NCBI RefSeq assembly: GCF_000002075.1
Contig: NW_004797445.1
Span: 446,507-510,506 of the forward strand
Reading direction: 5' to 3'
Length of the DNA: 64,000 nt
Origin: Aplysia californica
Lineage: Eukaryota
In this document: piece by piece, positions 31,601 through 46,600 of the stretch
How the letters are laid out: every line of letters begins with the position of its first letter
How positions within the stretch are numbered: position 1 is the first letter of the stretch
Position numbers and translations under genes: made by a program
The notes under the pieces: model-generated
The model's database searches: none
What the model saw: the letters and a program-made list of their open reading frames with translations, nothing else
What the model was told of the DNA's origin: nothing

Positions 31601-34600
31601 TCCAGGAAAATAAATGTTATAGTATATAACTGTTCTTTCAGAAAATACTGTAAGATATCTATATCGCCTGCTTAGAGTAAGACGCCACAATATTCTTTTT
31701 TGAAAGGTGATGTAAAAGTCTTACACTGAGCAGTCAATATGTTTTTGATGTATCTTGAGAATTCCAGTTCTTATGTATTTATATTTGATATTTGACTACA
31801 GATTTCAATTTTTTTTTCTTTTTCAAAGGAAATGGGTGGCTATTTTATCATTGGAGGAAATGAAAAAGTCATTCGTCTTCTCATTCAACAAAGAAGAAAC
31901 TATGTAAGTATCGCATTCTTGTTGTAAACACTGCCTCGTATATAATTATATTATTATATTTGTGGCCTTTTTTTTTTTTTAACCGATGTTTATTTTACTT
32001 AATGAGCTTATGGCTGTATTATGCAAGTGTTACTCCAGGCATACGTAGCTGGTTCTCTTAGGTTTGGTTTGTAGGGTAAGCCTAAAAATGGTTACCCATT
32101 TGGTATATATTTTGAGTCTTGCATCCTCTACAGAGAGCAGCTTTGATGTAGTCGGGAATTATGTAGGCTGCATTGAGAGTCTTGTGTTAAAGCTGCTTCA
32201 CCGGGAAAAGTGGTCAAACTATTAAAGTTCAATTATGTTGCAACCTGTCTAATACAGATGGTATTTTATGCCTGTCCTTTATTTTTAAAGTTTGATGCCA
32301 GTTGTTGTCAGTTAGCTCTTTGCATCTTTTTTTTACCTTGTGTGTTTATTTTTAAGTTCTTAAATCACCCAAAAGTGTTTGTTGAGAATTGTGTAAAACT
32401 CCACTCTTCTTTATTCCTCAGCCCTTGTGCCTTTGTCGGTCCTCATGGAAGAAGCGAGGTCCAGAGTACACAGAATATGGTATCTCTATACGCTGCGTCC
32501 AGGAAGACCAGACTTCAAATGTACGAGCCGTTTACTTGAATAAATAAATGTTCATTTTTTTTTTTCAAAGAATAATTTACCTATAAATCATAATCGCCTG
32601 TGATACATGTTTGCTAACACTATACGCTGAATTTTTTAAAAGAATTACTTTTCAAAGGAAGAATAGATATGATTAAAGAAAATGTAGCGATGTATTCAAT
32701 AATTTGTATGTTGTGAGAATTAGATGCATTTTTATGGTAATCCGAGGTAGTTTTGCCTTTGATGTGATTATACAATAGCTTATCAAAAGACTTTTTTTTT
32801 TTTGGTTTCTATCTTTGCACTACTAGTATATTAATATATGGCCATTTTTTTCCATTCACAGACGCTCACACTTCACTATTTGCAAGGGGGATCTGCAAAA
32901 TTGGCCTTTGGTCTCAACAAAGAAGTATTTTTTGTACCAATTGTTCTTGTATTGAAGGTAACATCAGTGAAGCTAAGAAACTCTTTCTTTTGTTTTCTCT
33001 CGCTCGCTTTTTAATTTCCTGTGGAGTATATGCCACTAACGTTTCTCTCAAAAGCTGTATATTGTGCTTTTCATCTTTATCTGTGCAAGTTATGATGTTT
33101 CTTAGTATCTGTCTCCTCTCTCTGTCATTTTGTTCCTTAACACTTTGCCATCACAAGGCTCAAATTGTAAAAACTCTTGCCATCAAAGGCAAAGGCATTT
33201 TGGGGAAAATCCAAAGAAACTGAGTGGTAAACTTCGCCGATCTGTGAGATGAGGCGGCAAAGTGTTAAGCCATGGGGTACCCTGGGGATTCTATTTCAGC
33301 TTCTTTTTTTTTCTCCGAAAGAAAGTAACGTAAAGGCTGAATGTACCTCTATTTCACATTTGGTGGTGTTGAAAGCTTTGTTTACAATTCTGACAATTTT
33401 CTGTTACCCATGACTGTTTCAGACTGCATGTCAGTAATGCCATAGCAAAATCTAATCAGGTGTGTCATTGAGGTACTCTTGCTTCATGGAGGTAAATTCA
33501 AAAGGGGGTGTGGCCTCTGGCCTGCAGACTGTCTGAAACTAAAACAGTGTGTTTTGTTTGTTAATTTGACTTTTTCTGGTCTTTTCTTTGTGTCTGACCG
33601 CTTGTGATAGCCCATCTTGGCTTTTTTATAATGCATTTGTTGAATATTGTTATTTGACCTGCCGACAAATATTTTCCAGATACCTTCCAGCTTTTCACAA
33701 TATTGTTGTAGAGAAATACAAACTACTTGTGTATTTATGATTTTGTCTCTTGTATTGGGTTTGTAATGTAAGCAGGTTATCTTCCTCTAATGTACATGAC
33801 CTTCTTTGCTGAGGATGAGTGGGTATTAGGATTTGCTGGACAGGTTATTTAGTGAAACCTGTTGTAACTTGATTATTTCCATAGGGTCTCCTGGATGTGA
33901 CAGACAAGTACATTTATGACGAGCTGACAAGGGGCAAAGAAAATGACACATTCTACAAAGGGTAAGAATCGCATCTCTTATGGAGATCAGTTACGGGTCT
34001 ACTTTTGTCAGTTGCAGCCTTTTTAAAGTTTTAGATTAATGTGGACCATACTATAAATTTCCTGATACTGTTTTGATCCAATTCACAGTTACAGTAGAAG
34101 AATGATAATCACAGATACTGTGTGTCAAAAATGGTAACAAATTTATGATTATGTGGTTTTATGTCTCACTGGCACCTAATAAAGTAAGAGCATTTTTGTC
34201 TTTATTTGCGCTGCCAAGAGCGAAATGCCCGCAGCCTTAAGGGATTTGAAAACAACAACAACATTGTCTTTATTTAGTTAGATTTGGAAGACATTGGGCT
34301 GTTTTTTCTCCTGCTTCCTTGTTTGGCAATATTCTATTCTATATATTTTTTTGGGTAAATCATAAGTTTGTTTTATTTTGACAAATAAATCTTTTTTACA
34401 CGCTGATCAGTTAGCTGGTTCTTACTTTTCAATCTTATAGAGTTTAGTTATAAAATATATGTTGTTGCAAGACAGTATTGATTATTATTTCTTTGTAGTT
34501 CCTCTCTTTTCTCCAAGCTCCTTTTGGTCCAGAGATGGCTTTTGCAACTATGATTCTATGGTTTGTATCCTGTGTCATGTAGTTTGTCTTTTATGTTGTT

Positions 34601-37600
34601 GTTATGAATTGTTTGAAATAAGTGACCTGACTGGATCCACAGCTGTGTGATTTTCATGTTGAGACAAGTCATGTCCGAGAGGCTGTTCTCCCAGGCTGCT
34701 GTGCTGAAATTCATCGGGGAAAAGTTCCGGGTCAAGCTGTCCTTGCCTGAGTGGTACTCTGATGAGGAGTGTGGCAGATACCTGTTCAAGTGAGTTGGGG
34801 TGTAGGGAAAAAACCATTCTAGAAGATTTGTCATCATTTCACAGTTACAGGGCTCTTTTCTTTTATTATGCCATTCCTGCCTTTTGAATGAGCTTAATTT
34901 TGTCTGTGATAGCGTAATACAATTTGAGTCAATTACGATCTAATACTGTTTACCTGCGTTCACTTCCTTGGGACTCGTGTGGTAAATTAGCATGAACTGA
35001 CCTACCTAGGGAGTTATCGTGAAGTTGTGTTGGCTTATGATCCACAACTTTTACTTTAAAGTTTTAATGTAGATTCAATTTTTTAAAATGTAAAATAGAT
35101 TATACTTTCAACACTACAACAGTAAGATTATTTTTCCTGTAACCTGTTGATTATGACACATTGAATCTTTGTTGTGGTCACTTAGGGGGTGCTAAATTTT
35201 TGTCTAAGGGATCCAATACCATTCCTCACTTGCATGACTGATATGTGTGTTTCAACCCTTTTTCAGGAGGAGCATTGCGATCCATTTAGACAAAGATGTT
35301 GACAAGTTTAACTTATTAGTGTAAGTATTTTGAAAATATGTCTATGACTCATTTTAGTGAACAAATTTTGGTTGTTATATGGATTGTTATTAAGATTTTT
35401 CTCTTTTTGACATCACTGTGAATGGGGCACTATACCCAGCACCGGAAAGTGACCATATGGCTTGCGTTTGTCTTGAAACTCTTAAAATCTTGAATTTTAT
35501 TTTAAAATCAACGAGACTGTGCCACTGACTGAAGTGTCTAGGCCATTCCTAAAGGGGGGACATTAACATTATGAGTTCTTATGCACAGTAGAATTGTAAT
35601 TGTAAATGGGCTGATTCATCAATGTCATGCTCATAACTGTGCCTGACCTGCAACAGGGAACTGCTTCTTTTTCTTTCGTAATCCTTACTATCTTCATTTT
35701 TTCCTTCTATTTCTTTTTTATGTATGTCACACTCTTGTGACCCGCTATTTCCGAGGTGCCTTGAAAGTCGAAGCAGACTTTGTGCTGTTGACGCTAGAGA
35801 GGTGAGCAGAGTAAGTCTGATTCCCTCTAAGGACTTCTCTGTTGACATCCACCCCTTGACGCTCATATGATCTTATGCAGTTGCGAGTGCGGTAAAGCCT
35901 CTACTAAAACAAAGATAAAAAATCAAGGTGTTTTAAATACAAACAGTTAAAACGTGAATTCACATTAAAAATTTTGCTGCAGATCTTCTAATCTGTTTCG
36001 ATGAGAACAGGGGGGATTTGAAAGTACATGATTAGATATTGGTTGTTTATTTTGTTTCCCAAAGATATGTTTCTGTGATAAAGCCTTGAAAGGAGAGATG
36101 CTTGAAAAGGAATGTACTGTGTAGTATATTGTATAGTTGATTGCTCATGAGATACAATATATGTATTATTGTGTGGTTGTTATTGATTTCAGGTATATGA
36201 CCAGAAAACTGTTTGCTTTTGTGAATGGAGAGTGTGCTGCTGAGAATCCAGACAACCCAATGTTTCAAGAAGTACTGTTGCCTGGTCATTTACTGCAGAT
36301 GGTGTTGAAGGTAATCTAAAGCTAGTCATGACATTAAAAATGCCTCTCATATTTTGTTTTTTGGACCAGGCCACTGCAAACTCTTCATTCTTTCACGATC
36401 AGATTTTTATTTCTCTGATTTATTTGTTCAATTATGTGGGAGTGCAGACCACAAACAAAGGTTGTCCGTTTACTTCTAGGCCCGGGACTATCATTATCAC
36501 CTATCTTGGGGAGTTTGATGAGGTGTCCTTTCTAGCCTGGTGGGAATTCTTTATCCAAGATCTTCTCAAAAAGTGGATGGAGGATGTCAACTGTTGTCCC
36601 GTTATCAGCTTTTTGTTCACCTGCAGTGATGTAGTCAGGTCCAGTTGGTTTTCCTTTTTGAAGATGAGAAAATAAAATAAAAAGATGTTCAGTGTAAATT
36701 TTTACCTGCTTTGTCTGTACGTCTCTTAATATTGCAAGTACTGAGCATGGTTTTGCAAGGAAAACAGATGTCTGATTATAGAAATTGCTCTCTGTGGAAT
36801 TAAAAAAAAATTATTTATTTACTACACACATGAAAAGTATTGAGTTGTTTGAATGGGCTGATTAATGACTAGGTTTCTAGTTGCTTACTGAGAGGATGCC
36901 ACTTATTCTTTTCAGGAAAAACTGGAAGGTGTCTTGCTTATGAGTAAAAAGATGTTTCAGGAAAAGATCAAGAGAAAGAAAGATGCCTTTCAAACTCCGG
37001 GTATGATACTTACACAAATTGTCTCTCTGCTTTATTCTTTCAACTTTATGTACAGTAAAGTCCTGTATGTATGTTACAGCAAAGTACTACAGTGCCTTGA
37101 GATATGAGCGCACTGACATACAACATTTTAGAGATATGAGCCTGTGTTAGGCTCCTTTTTATTATTTTTTTTTTTTTAGATGGACAGCTAAATTTTTAGA
37201 TGTGAGTAAAGTTCAATGATTTAAAAATCAGCTTTGATGAAAAGGAAGTTTAGAAAGGGCAGAACAATTTTGTTGAAACCTTTTTTTAAAAAAATGCAGT
37301 AATTACATCATTCTTCAATATCATAAACTAGATAGCAGTTGTTAGGTAAGCTCTTGTTGTCTTTCTCTCTTTGTCCTCTGCCATGTGGTCTATGACTCAT
37401 CTAAACTTCATGGTTTAGTACAGTTTGTTTTTGTTTCTAATTTGTTTTTTGTCTTATATTTTTTGTGTAGGCACATATTTTTGCTTGTAAGAAATCCACA
37501 AGTACAAAAATTGGGGTGAGTTTAAGGCAAATTAGGGTGATTTTTTTAGGCAAACTAGGGTGATTTTTAAGAGGCTTAGGGTAGATTGGAAAAATTATAT

Positions 37601-40600
37601 AAATTCAACGGGGGTAACTGCCAAAAACGTATCATATGCTTTCGTTGAAGAAGGAAAAACGAGTAATGCATTATCATTGTCTGAGGCCGTAATATTAACA
37701 GCATGAATGTGCATGGTCCTTGTGCAAGCAATTACTCCTGAATGTGTTTCGCCAAAGGGCATAAAAGTTGAGATTATATGTTGAAATAGTTTTTGTTTAA
37801 AACCTGTTTTTACTCCTGCATAATGTGTTTGTCTTGCAGCTGATATAAGACAGGTCATTCTGAGTTCTCCACTGATCACAAGAGCCATGGAGTATTTGCT
37901 GGCCACTGGAAATCTCATCTCAAAGACAGGACTTGGACTTATGCAGGTGAGAGTGTGCTTACCTTGTACATTTTGTCCCTCTTACTCGCTCAGCCTCACT
38001 GCTCATTATGTGTCATCAATTTTTATCCGTCAAACTCACTGTCTTCTTTATTTTCCCTCATCTGGAGCATGTCTGTCTTTGTTTTATAGTATTCGTAGAA
38101 TGTCTTTTTGATAAGTCGGTGAGGATAGGGAAGTTGATTACTGTGGGTGTCTTTAAAAAAAAAAGAGACCAATTTAAAGGGCAAAAACTCAACCAATCTC
38201 AACAAAATTCTAAGAAATATAATTCAAGCAAGGGGGTATCAAATTTTTCAAGGTAAAGAAAGTTAATCTGCGTGTTCAAGAAATATGAGGATTTAAAAAT
38301 GTTGGTTCTGTATATTCCTATTATTTTTTCCCTTGACTATATTATGACAGTTGTTGTCACAGTTCTTCTCCTTGCTCCACCCTTAAATTCACAAAATGTT
38401 TCTGTCTCTTTGTGTTACAGACCAGTGGATTTGCTGTGATTGCAGACAAGCTGAACTTCTATCGTTACATCTCCCACTTCCGGGCTGTGCATCGTGGTTC
38501 GTTCTTCACTGAGATGAGGACTACTTCCGTGAGAAAGCTGCTGCCAGAAGCTTGGGGTTTGTCTCTGCCAGTTTTATTCCACGTTATTTTTGTTTGTTTG
38601 TTTTATTTTGTTCTTTATAGTAAATGAACTCAAGATGGTATGGCGCCCTTTCAAAGGTGAAGAGGTTATAGTCGTGACTGGGTGTCAGACCAAGGGGAAA
38701 TTTTCCCAGAAGGACAAAATAGATTTTGCCTCATTACTCTTGTTTGAAGTTTTAACTTTTGTTGTTGGTCAATATACCTCCATGTCACAGTGGTTGTTGG
38801 TCTACCGTTTGTACTGCCATTTGCAATATTAATCGTACTTCTATAAGAATGTATATTTTTGAAAGTAAGGGTTTAATGTGTAACTTAACTTTTACTTTAC
38901 CTTTTTTCCTTCTGCTTGTAAAGATGGATATCTCGGGGGAAAATTGTTGTCTATTAACTCACCCACTACCTCAAAGTAGCTCCGACATCGTGATACCACA
39001 CCCACAACCCCTATGGTTTTGCACTTTGGAATTTTTTTTTCACGTTAAAACCCCACTGTTTGCGGTACTGATACGTCTTTTACTTAGCACATTCAATTAT
39101 CTTTCTTTAGAAAAAAAACCGAAGCCGAAATCGGACGAGCGCAAGTTGAGTTATTGACTTTTACGACAACCGCCATTAGAACTGAATTTACCTTTACGTT
39201 TCCCACAATGGCAGATCACTTGTCTTTGACAGTTTTCGAACGATAGGGACTCAGAAACCAATGAATTTGTCGAAGATTGTTATGACGAACTGGTTGAGGA
39301 AGTTATTGATCCTTCTTACGAACCACCAAAGTAGGCAAAGAAGAATAACGTTTAGTGGGGCCTGCAAAACTTAGATCTAGGGTTGCAGTAGTGGGGAAGG
39401 GCGTGAGTAAGAAAGGCAAAGGGAAAGTAGTTTTTTGACCAATTTTTGAAAACTTGTGGAAAAAAAAGTAACAATAAAACAAAGCTGTTATTTCATCATG
39501 GCATTCTTTATTATGTTCAAAAACAATTTTCTAAATTTCAAGTCTCTATGTTAATTAGCAAAAGCACAGTGATTAAAAAAAATTACCCTTAAAAAGGCTG
39601 GTACACAGGGAATAGCGACCCCGAAAATGGCTGGCAGTGGGTGAGTTAACTGTGCGACAATTGGCTTTGGGGCCCCTACAAGTCATGGCATGAAAGGATC
39701 ATTTTGTATAAAAGAAAATTCTCTTATCTGTGAACTTGTTGAACAATATTTATTGTCCTGAGAACTGGTTTGGGTTTTTCAGGAAAACAAAAATGTTTAT
39801 TGTGGTTACTCTCCCTATATCGTAGTAGCTGCTTAGGTTGCCTTCAAAAATAGTTCTAGACAAAGAGCACGGGTGTACAAATGGTAACCTTGCTAAAATC
39901 TTTTTTAAAAGAAAGGGAAAAGCGTCATTTTTGTTAACATTTGAAATAGGAAGATCTTGCGCACTATGAAGATGGAAAATGGAATGGCGTAGGCCAGTCC
40001 CTCACCATGAAAAAAAAAATTACTAGAAATTTTTTGTTTAGTAGGTGGTGCCAGGTTTGCAACAAGAAAAGGGAAAATGTTGTTTGTTTCTGTGAATAAG
40101 TATTTGTCAAAGAGAACAATCATAGAAGGGGAAGGTGGGAAAGCTGTTTCTGCTTTAAGTCCCATGTGTTTGTCTTTGGTACTGAGAGTAATGCCGTTCT
40201 TGTTCTATACTATTTATTGCAGGTTTCCTGTGTCCTGTGCACACTCCTGATGGAACGCCTTGTGGTTTACTCAATCACTTGACAGCTGGTTGCAAGGTAA
40301 ATTTTGGTTTCTTTTTATTTGTAAGTGTCAAGTTATTTTCTGTGGCCATGGGATAAATCATCCCATTTTTTCTTTGTGTATAACAACAAAGTGAAATGCT
40401 GATTGATTCAGCTGGGAGGTACTGGTTATGGAGAATGGGAGGGGCATAGGGAGTGCCAGGGAGGTTTCCTTTGCTCTACGTCTGCAGGTTATTTTTCTCT
40501 GCTGGGTTATTTAATATTTTTTAAAACTTTAAGTGAACAGGTATTTAAGGATGCCATTGGTAGGTCTTATTTCTTAACTTTCCTCATTTCATTTGTGTCT

Positions 40601-43600
40601 CTCTCTTTGTCTCTTTTCCCCATTACTATGATCGTTATTGTCTTGATCTGCCTATCTTTATTAAAAGTATTGTTATTGTGTTGGACCTGTTTCTAACTTG
40701 ACACAATTATCTCACAGTCAAAAGTTTGTTTCAGTTTTAGAATATAAATTTATTTTGTTCATGCTAAGTACCATTTCTGACTTAAAATGTTGTTGCTGTT
40801 TTTCAAGATTAATAGTAATGTCATGATTGGCATGGGTGAGCTCTTTTTGAGTCTTCGAGATTAAGATGATCTGAATGTATACCAACTGAAACACAACCTC
40901 AGTTCTGACGTGTTGATGACTGGAGAAACTTGCTGCTCTTCTATGGTAGTACTTTTTGCTATAAATTCTATTTGCTATTCATTTTTTCAGGAGGATATAG
41001 GAGTAATTTCCTGTGCCATATTTGTTCCTTGAGTATTTATAGTTGTCTGTCTCAACTAGACTGAATGTCCTCCTGGCTGGAGATGTTCAGAGGTATGACT
41101 TTTCCGAAAAATACGTTACTCTATTTCAGGTTGTGAATATTGAGTTTCCATTAGAGAAACTTAATCACATTTTGACGGAGCTGGGTATGTGTCCTGTGTC
41201 CTCACCAAACCCCTGGTCACCCTCAGACTGTTATACTGTCCTGCTGGATGGAAGAATTATGGGGTACATCAATGCCTGGTCAGCGGACACATTTATCTCT
41301 ACTCTGAGAGTTCTCAAAGTCAAGGGCAGAGGAGAGGTAGGTGTTATTAGGGTTTGTCTCAGGGTGTGCTTACAGTGCTTCTCTTAATATGACTTTAATC
41401 TGTGGATTAACTTCAGTTTGGATGTTGTTATTGTTACAAAATCACTCGTGTGTTAATGAGGTTTTTTTCTCACGCTGAATGACACCTGTTCTCAGTACAT
41501 AATTCATGTTCTGTCTCTATTCTTAATGAAAGGTGCTGAAAATCTGTCCTCTATCTCTATTTCTTGACTGTGGTTTGATTTGTCAGTTTTTTTCTTTCAT
41601 GTGCTAATTGTCATTCCATATTTATGTTTCCATTAAAGTTTTAGAAAAGAAAACAAAAATATGATAATGGAATTTTGTTTCATGCACATTTTTAGTTTCT
41701 ATAAAGAATTCTTTGTCTCTTTTTTAATATTGTTTTTACTGTAACAATTCTCATTTTCTTGGTCAGTTCTTGTGACAAATACCGGTACTTTGTCTTGCAG
41801 GTGCCCTTTACTCTTGAAATCTGCCTTGTGACCCACTCGGAAGTTGCCAGTCAGTATCCTGGAGTGTACTTGTTCTCCTCTGTGGCTCGGATGGTTCGAC
41901 CTGTGCTCAACGTCAATGCAAATGCTGTTGAGATGATTGGTTCCTTTGAGCAGGTGTACCTGGATGTGGCCGTGAATCAGGATGAAGCTTATGATGGGGT
42001 ATGAATTGCATATTTTTCTCAAGTCATGTCCCTGTCTTCTGATTACTTACTTGCCTGCTGTCTTATTTCATCTTTCGCAGTTTGTTTATTTGTTTATATC
42101 CTCCTGCCGTTCCCATAGGGCACAACTCCCATGTTAATGTGTGCTTCTCTAACAAAGAAAAACAGACTGTGTTGTGTAAGCTGGTATTTCTTCTTCATAT
42201 TTGCTCTGTCCTCTGATTAGCTCTTCCTTGTCAAGAAAAGAAACTTATCTTCTTACTCCACAGTGGAGGGCCGGCCTTTACTCACATAAACAGTGTGCCC
42301 TGAGGAGTACATTTTACACTATTGTCCTCACACCACCCAGTTATATCCTGTGTTAGGTGCATGGGACAGTTGTGTATAGCTTTTTTTTTTCAAATCCTTC
42401 TGTACAGTGCTCCATTCATGTAGCAATGAATGAAAATGGTTCTCTCGGGTACTTGACTTCATGTGTGTAGCACGTTTTTGACCTATACGATTGAGCACAT
42501 TTTTGTACCCCTTTGACTAGCAACCTTTCGAGGAAGAAGTGGCATATTCACAGCTCCATTTCTATCTCAAACAGGAATAAGCTCTCAATTTGTGTCTTGG
42601 AAAAACGCTCAAAAGAATGTTACTTTTTTTTTTTTTTAACCTTATTCTGACTCTGCTGTTTTGTTCCCCTCCTGTACAGGTGACCACCCACCAGGAGCTT
42701 AGTGAGCAGCATATGCTGAGTATTCTGGCCAACATGACACCCTTCTCAGACTTCAACCAGAGTCCACGTAACATGTATCAGTGTCAGGTAAGAGAGGAGC
42801 TTCCTAAAATCTGCTCCGTCCGTGTATCATTTTCTTCTTGTTTGTTACATGGCTTTTCTGTTCGGGAAAATTCCATTGGCCAGCTTTGTTTCAAATTGGT
42901 CTGTTGACTGAGTCTTGTGAAGCAAAGAAAGAGGCTCTCTAACTCCACAATGTAGGTTTGGGTGGTTGGTGGTTGCTATGGTGTGTGGTTTGCTCCTTTC
43001 CTATCAAGTGTCTGTCGTCCTTATCTCTCTCCTTCTTTTTCGTTACTCTCTTGTAGCCCCTCTAATCTTTGGCACTTATATGACCTTATTGCAAATGATG
43101 AAAAACACTAAAAACAGTGTAGGTTCCACCATTACCCATACAAACGCTGTGCTCGGTTTTCCTAGGCGGATGTCGGTATGTGCTTGGAGTCTGTCAGGGG
43201 TGGTGGAGTCTCCAGCAGTACCTCCTATGGGATGTAGACTTTGAATGTAGAAGGAGATGTTTGGAATACCATTGGACGTCATCTCTGACACATAGCTTTA
43301 ACTGATTAGTTAAATTTTTGTTACCCCTTTCTTTTCTGGTGCCCTTTGGCAGTTCAAAAAAGGTCACTGTTGTCTCAAATGAACACTGAGTGTGGATTTG
43401 AGCAGTTTATATAATTATGTTATAGTCCATCTTTATGTATGGCAGCTTTGCCTCTCCGGAGGGGTTTTTCCCGCTATGTAGTGGGCCCTCTTTTGCATCT
43501 GATGTGAAACCCGATAGTCACTAAATTGGTCATTAATAAATCAAAACAAATGAACCTATTTTGATAGTTCTTCATCTAAAGAAGGAACTCCCGGTTAAAG

Positions 43601-46600
43601 AGACTCATTTTCAGCAATTGCTGAAAATAAACATGTTGAAGTTGTTGTAAACGAATGTGCCCAAACTGCTGCCAAGCGGCTCACCGGCACTGCCGTTCTG
43701 ACCGCGAGCCGCTAGGACCAGTTTGCCGGATGTAAGGAGTTGAACAGTTACGCTTTTGCCCTCTGTCCATCTATTGAATAATATGTACTGTGTATATTTT
43801 TTCCCCAACATTTACAAAAAATAGTGATATTTGGTAATCACAATTAACTTGATCTTGAGACGTGTATTTACTAATGTCCTGTCTTGTTGTGCATGTGCGT
43901 GAGTGCACCTAAGCTTTGTAACATCTACTGCCATTGTAAACTACCAAGACAAATTTCTCCCTGTGAGATGAATAAAGATTGTCATTGTCATTGTAAGAGT
44001 CTTTTTAAAGGCTGCCCCTCTTTGGTCATCGCTACTACCTGAAAAAAGCTCTCAGAATAATGACCTTACCACGGAAAAGGGTAAGATGGCCAGCACTGTC
44101 TCAGCTCTGTGATATCATGAAGATTCATGCCTTATGTATCAAGATCCTTCTTTGTTCATCATTGTCAGATGGGAAAGCAGACGATGGGTACTCCCCTGCA
44201 CGCATACCCTCACCGCTCAGACAACAAACTGTACAGGCTGCAGACTCCCCAGAGTCCTTTGGTCCGACCAAAGATGTACGACGCGTACAAGTTTGATGAG
44301 TACCCACTGGGCACCAACACTGTTGTGGCTGTCATATCATACACTGTAAGTATCCTCAAAGAAAATTCTCTTTCAAATCAAGACATAAGAACAAAAAAAA
44401 TAAATAAAATAACCCAACCTTAAACAAAGACGAGACCAATTGGAATTCGACTACCTATGTCACATTGTCACTCAGGTGAGAATTTCATTTTGAAGAGACC
44501 AAAATATAATGTCTCAAAAATCATTTCCAGAGAACCAAAAGAAACCATGTTAAAGTTTACTCATATACTATCTCTCACATTTGATACTTGTATTTCCCAT
44601 AAAGAAAACTTTCTCTGTTGCTAACATAGCTACAAACTTCCCATTTGAAACAAGACAGGCCTAGTGAGGGTACTATGACGTAGGTTTCAAGGAGAAAATG
44701 TTGGTGCTCAAGTCAAGATAGTTTGGTCCCCTGCCTGTGGGGCAACATTAATTAATTCACATTTAAAGTTTTGGAAGAATTTTAACAGTATGTGAGCACA
44801 ATTTCAAAAGTGTGTGTTCTTTTATTCAGTTCATTTTCTGTGAGATTGATCATTCTTTTTGAATTGTTTTTTTTTTTTTAGACATGTTATTTTTTTTTCT
44901 ACCTATTATTTAAGAGAGTTTATAAATCTCATTTATAACAAGGTGTGTGTCTGTGAGTGTGTGTGTGTGTGTGTGTTTGTCTTCTTGAATGTACACTTGC
45001 ATGTGTATGTGTTTGTGAAGATTGTGTGTTATGTAGAACTCACTTCAAGGCATAAGCAACTGTCATTTATTACAGCTGCTTAAATATTGTATTTTGTCAG
45101 ATTTTGGATACTGATTAATTTTGGAAGTTCTTTTTTGTGATTTGGCCTTATTGATTTAAAACTCTTATGCGATTTGATTTTTGGAAGCCGTATCACATGG
45201 GAATTTTTTGAATGGTGAGTGAGTGTATTTGATGGATATTTTATTTTCCTAGGGGTATGACATGGAAGATGCAATGATCCTGAACAAGTCGTCCTATGAA
45301 AGAGGCTTTGGCCATGGTTCCATCGTCAAATCTGATGTAAGTTAGGTTTTTCTATTAGTGTCAGACTTTGGACCATTGCAGCTTGAAAGGCTTTATGGAA
45401 ATAACTGGATTTTTAAAAGTGTTATCAATGTTAAAAAAATAACAATACTTTTGAATGTGTGATTGTATGCATGACTTCTTTGATATAAAATACAATACTT
45501 TAATTTTTTGGGAATTTTTTAAAAGTGTGATTAGTGTGCCCCATTTCATATTCTATTGCTACCCTTTTTCTCTTTTTGTAGGGTTAGAATCTAGAAATAT
45601 GTGAAAGGGGAACTTTCAAATGTCATGCTGACAGGGTCCTGTCCTCTCTATATTGTTCAGAATGAAAATTGAGAAATGATGACCCTGCAATTATTGGGAG
45701 TGCCTTTTGTCAAGAAATTCCCAGAATTCTTCTTGAATGTTAAATTCGTTAGACTTTGTTTCTTTTTTGTATACAGTTTTTATCTCCTAGTTTATATGTT
45801 GTGTCAGATATATTTTTATTTATATTTAGGAAGTTTCAGAAGTTATCTGCTGTATGGGTGGTACCTGGAAGAAGTTATTCCATGGTGCAGTGGGAAATTA
45901 TTTCAAACTGTTTGCTGTAAAAAGTTGCTCATTGTTTATAGAAAATTTTGTTTCTGTTACAACAGGTGGTTGATTTGAGAGAGCGGAGCAGTGAGCATGG
46001 ACGCCATTCTTTTGTCTTTAGTGAGTCTTTTGTGTTATCTTGTTAAACCAGAAACGGGATTGGCAACTGTATTGTTCTTTTTGTTCTTTTTTTTTTGGAA
46101 AGGAGGGAAGAGGTCGCTGCTTATTTTGGCCCCCAAGAGTTAACACATTTTTTGTCTTTGCAGTGTTAACATTTTGAATATTGTTTGCTCGGAGAGTAAC
46201 CTTGACACCTGGTTCCAGGCAACTTATATATTAGAAACCACAGCCTAATCATTTCTTACTCAAAGACCATCCTGAATGACCTATTGTCTAAGACCAATAG
46301 TACAGATATTGTTTTACAATTTTTAAGTATATTTTTTAATATAGTGTAAAGCGCATAGAGCCTGCTGTTGAGCGGGGATATGCGCTATACAAATGCTATC
46401 TATTATTATTATTATTATTATTATTAAGTGAACTCTGGTTCTCTAGCCACTTAATTATCAGTCAAAAGAATTAATGATTCTATAGTCCCTAGACTTCTCA
46501 TTTTACAGCAAAACAATAGAGTTATTGCACTGTCCCTAGACTCTTGAAGGGAATACTTCTAGTCTCCCTACTTCAAGGCTTGTTGCTAGTTGAATCCTTT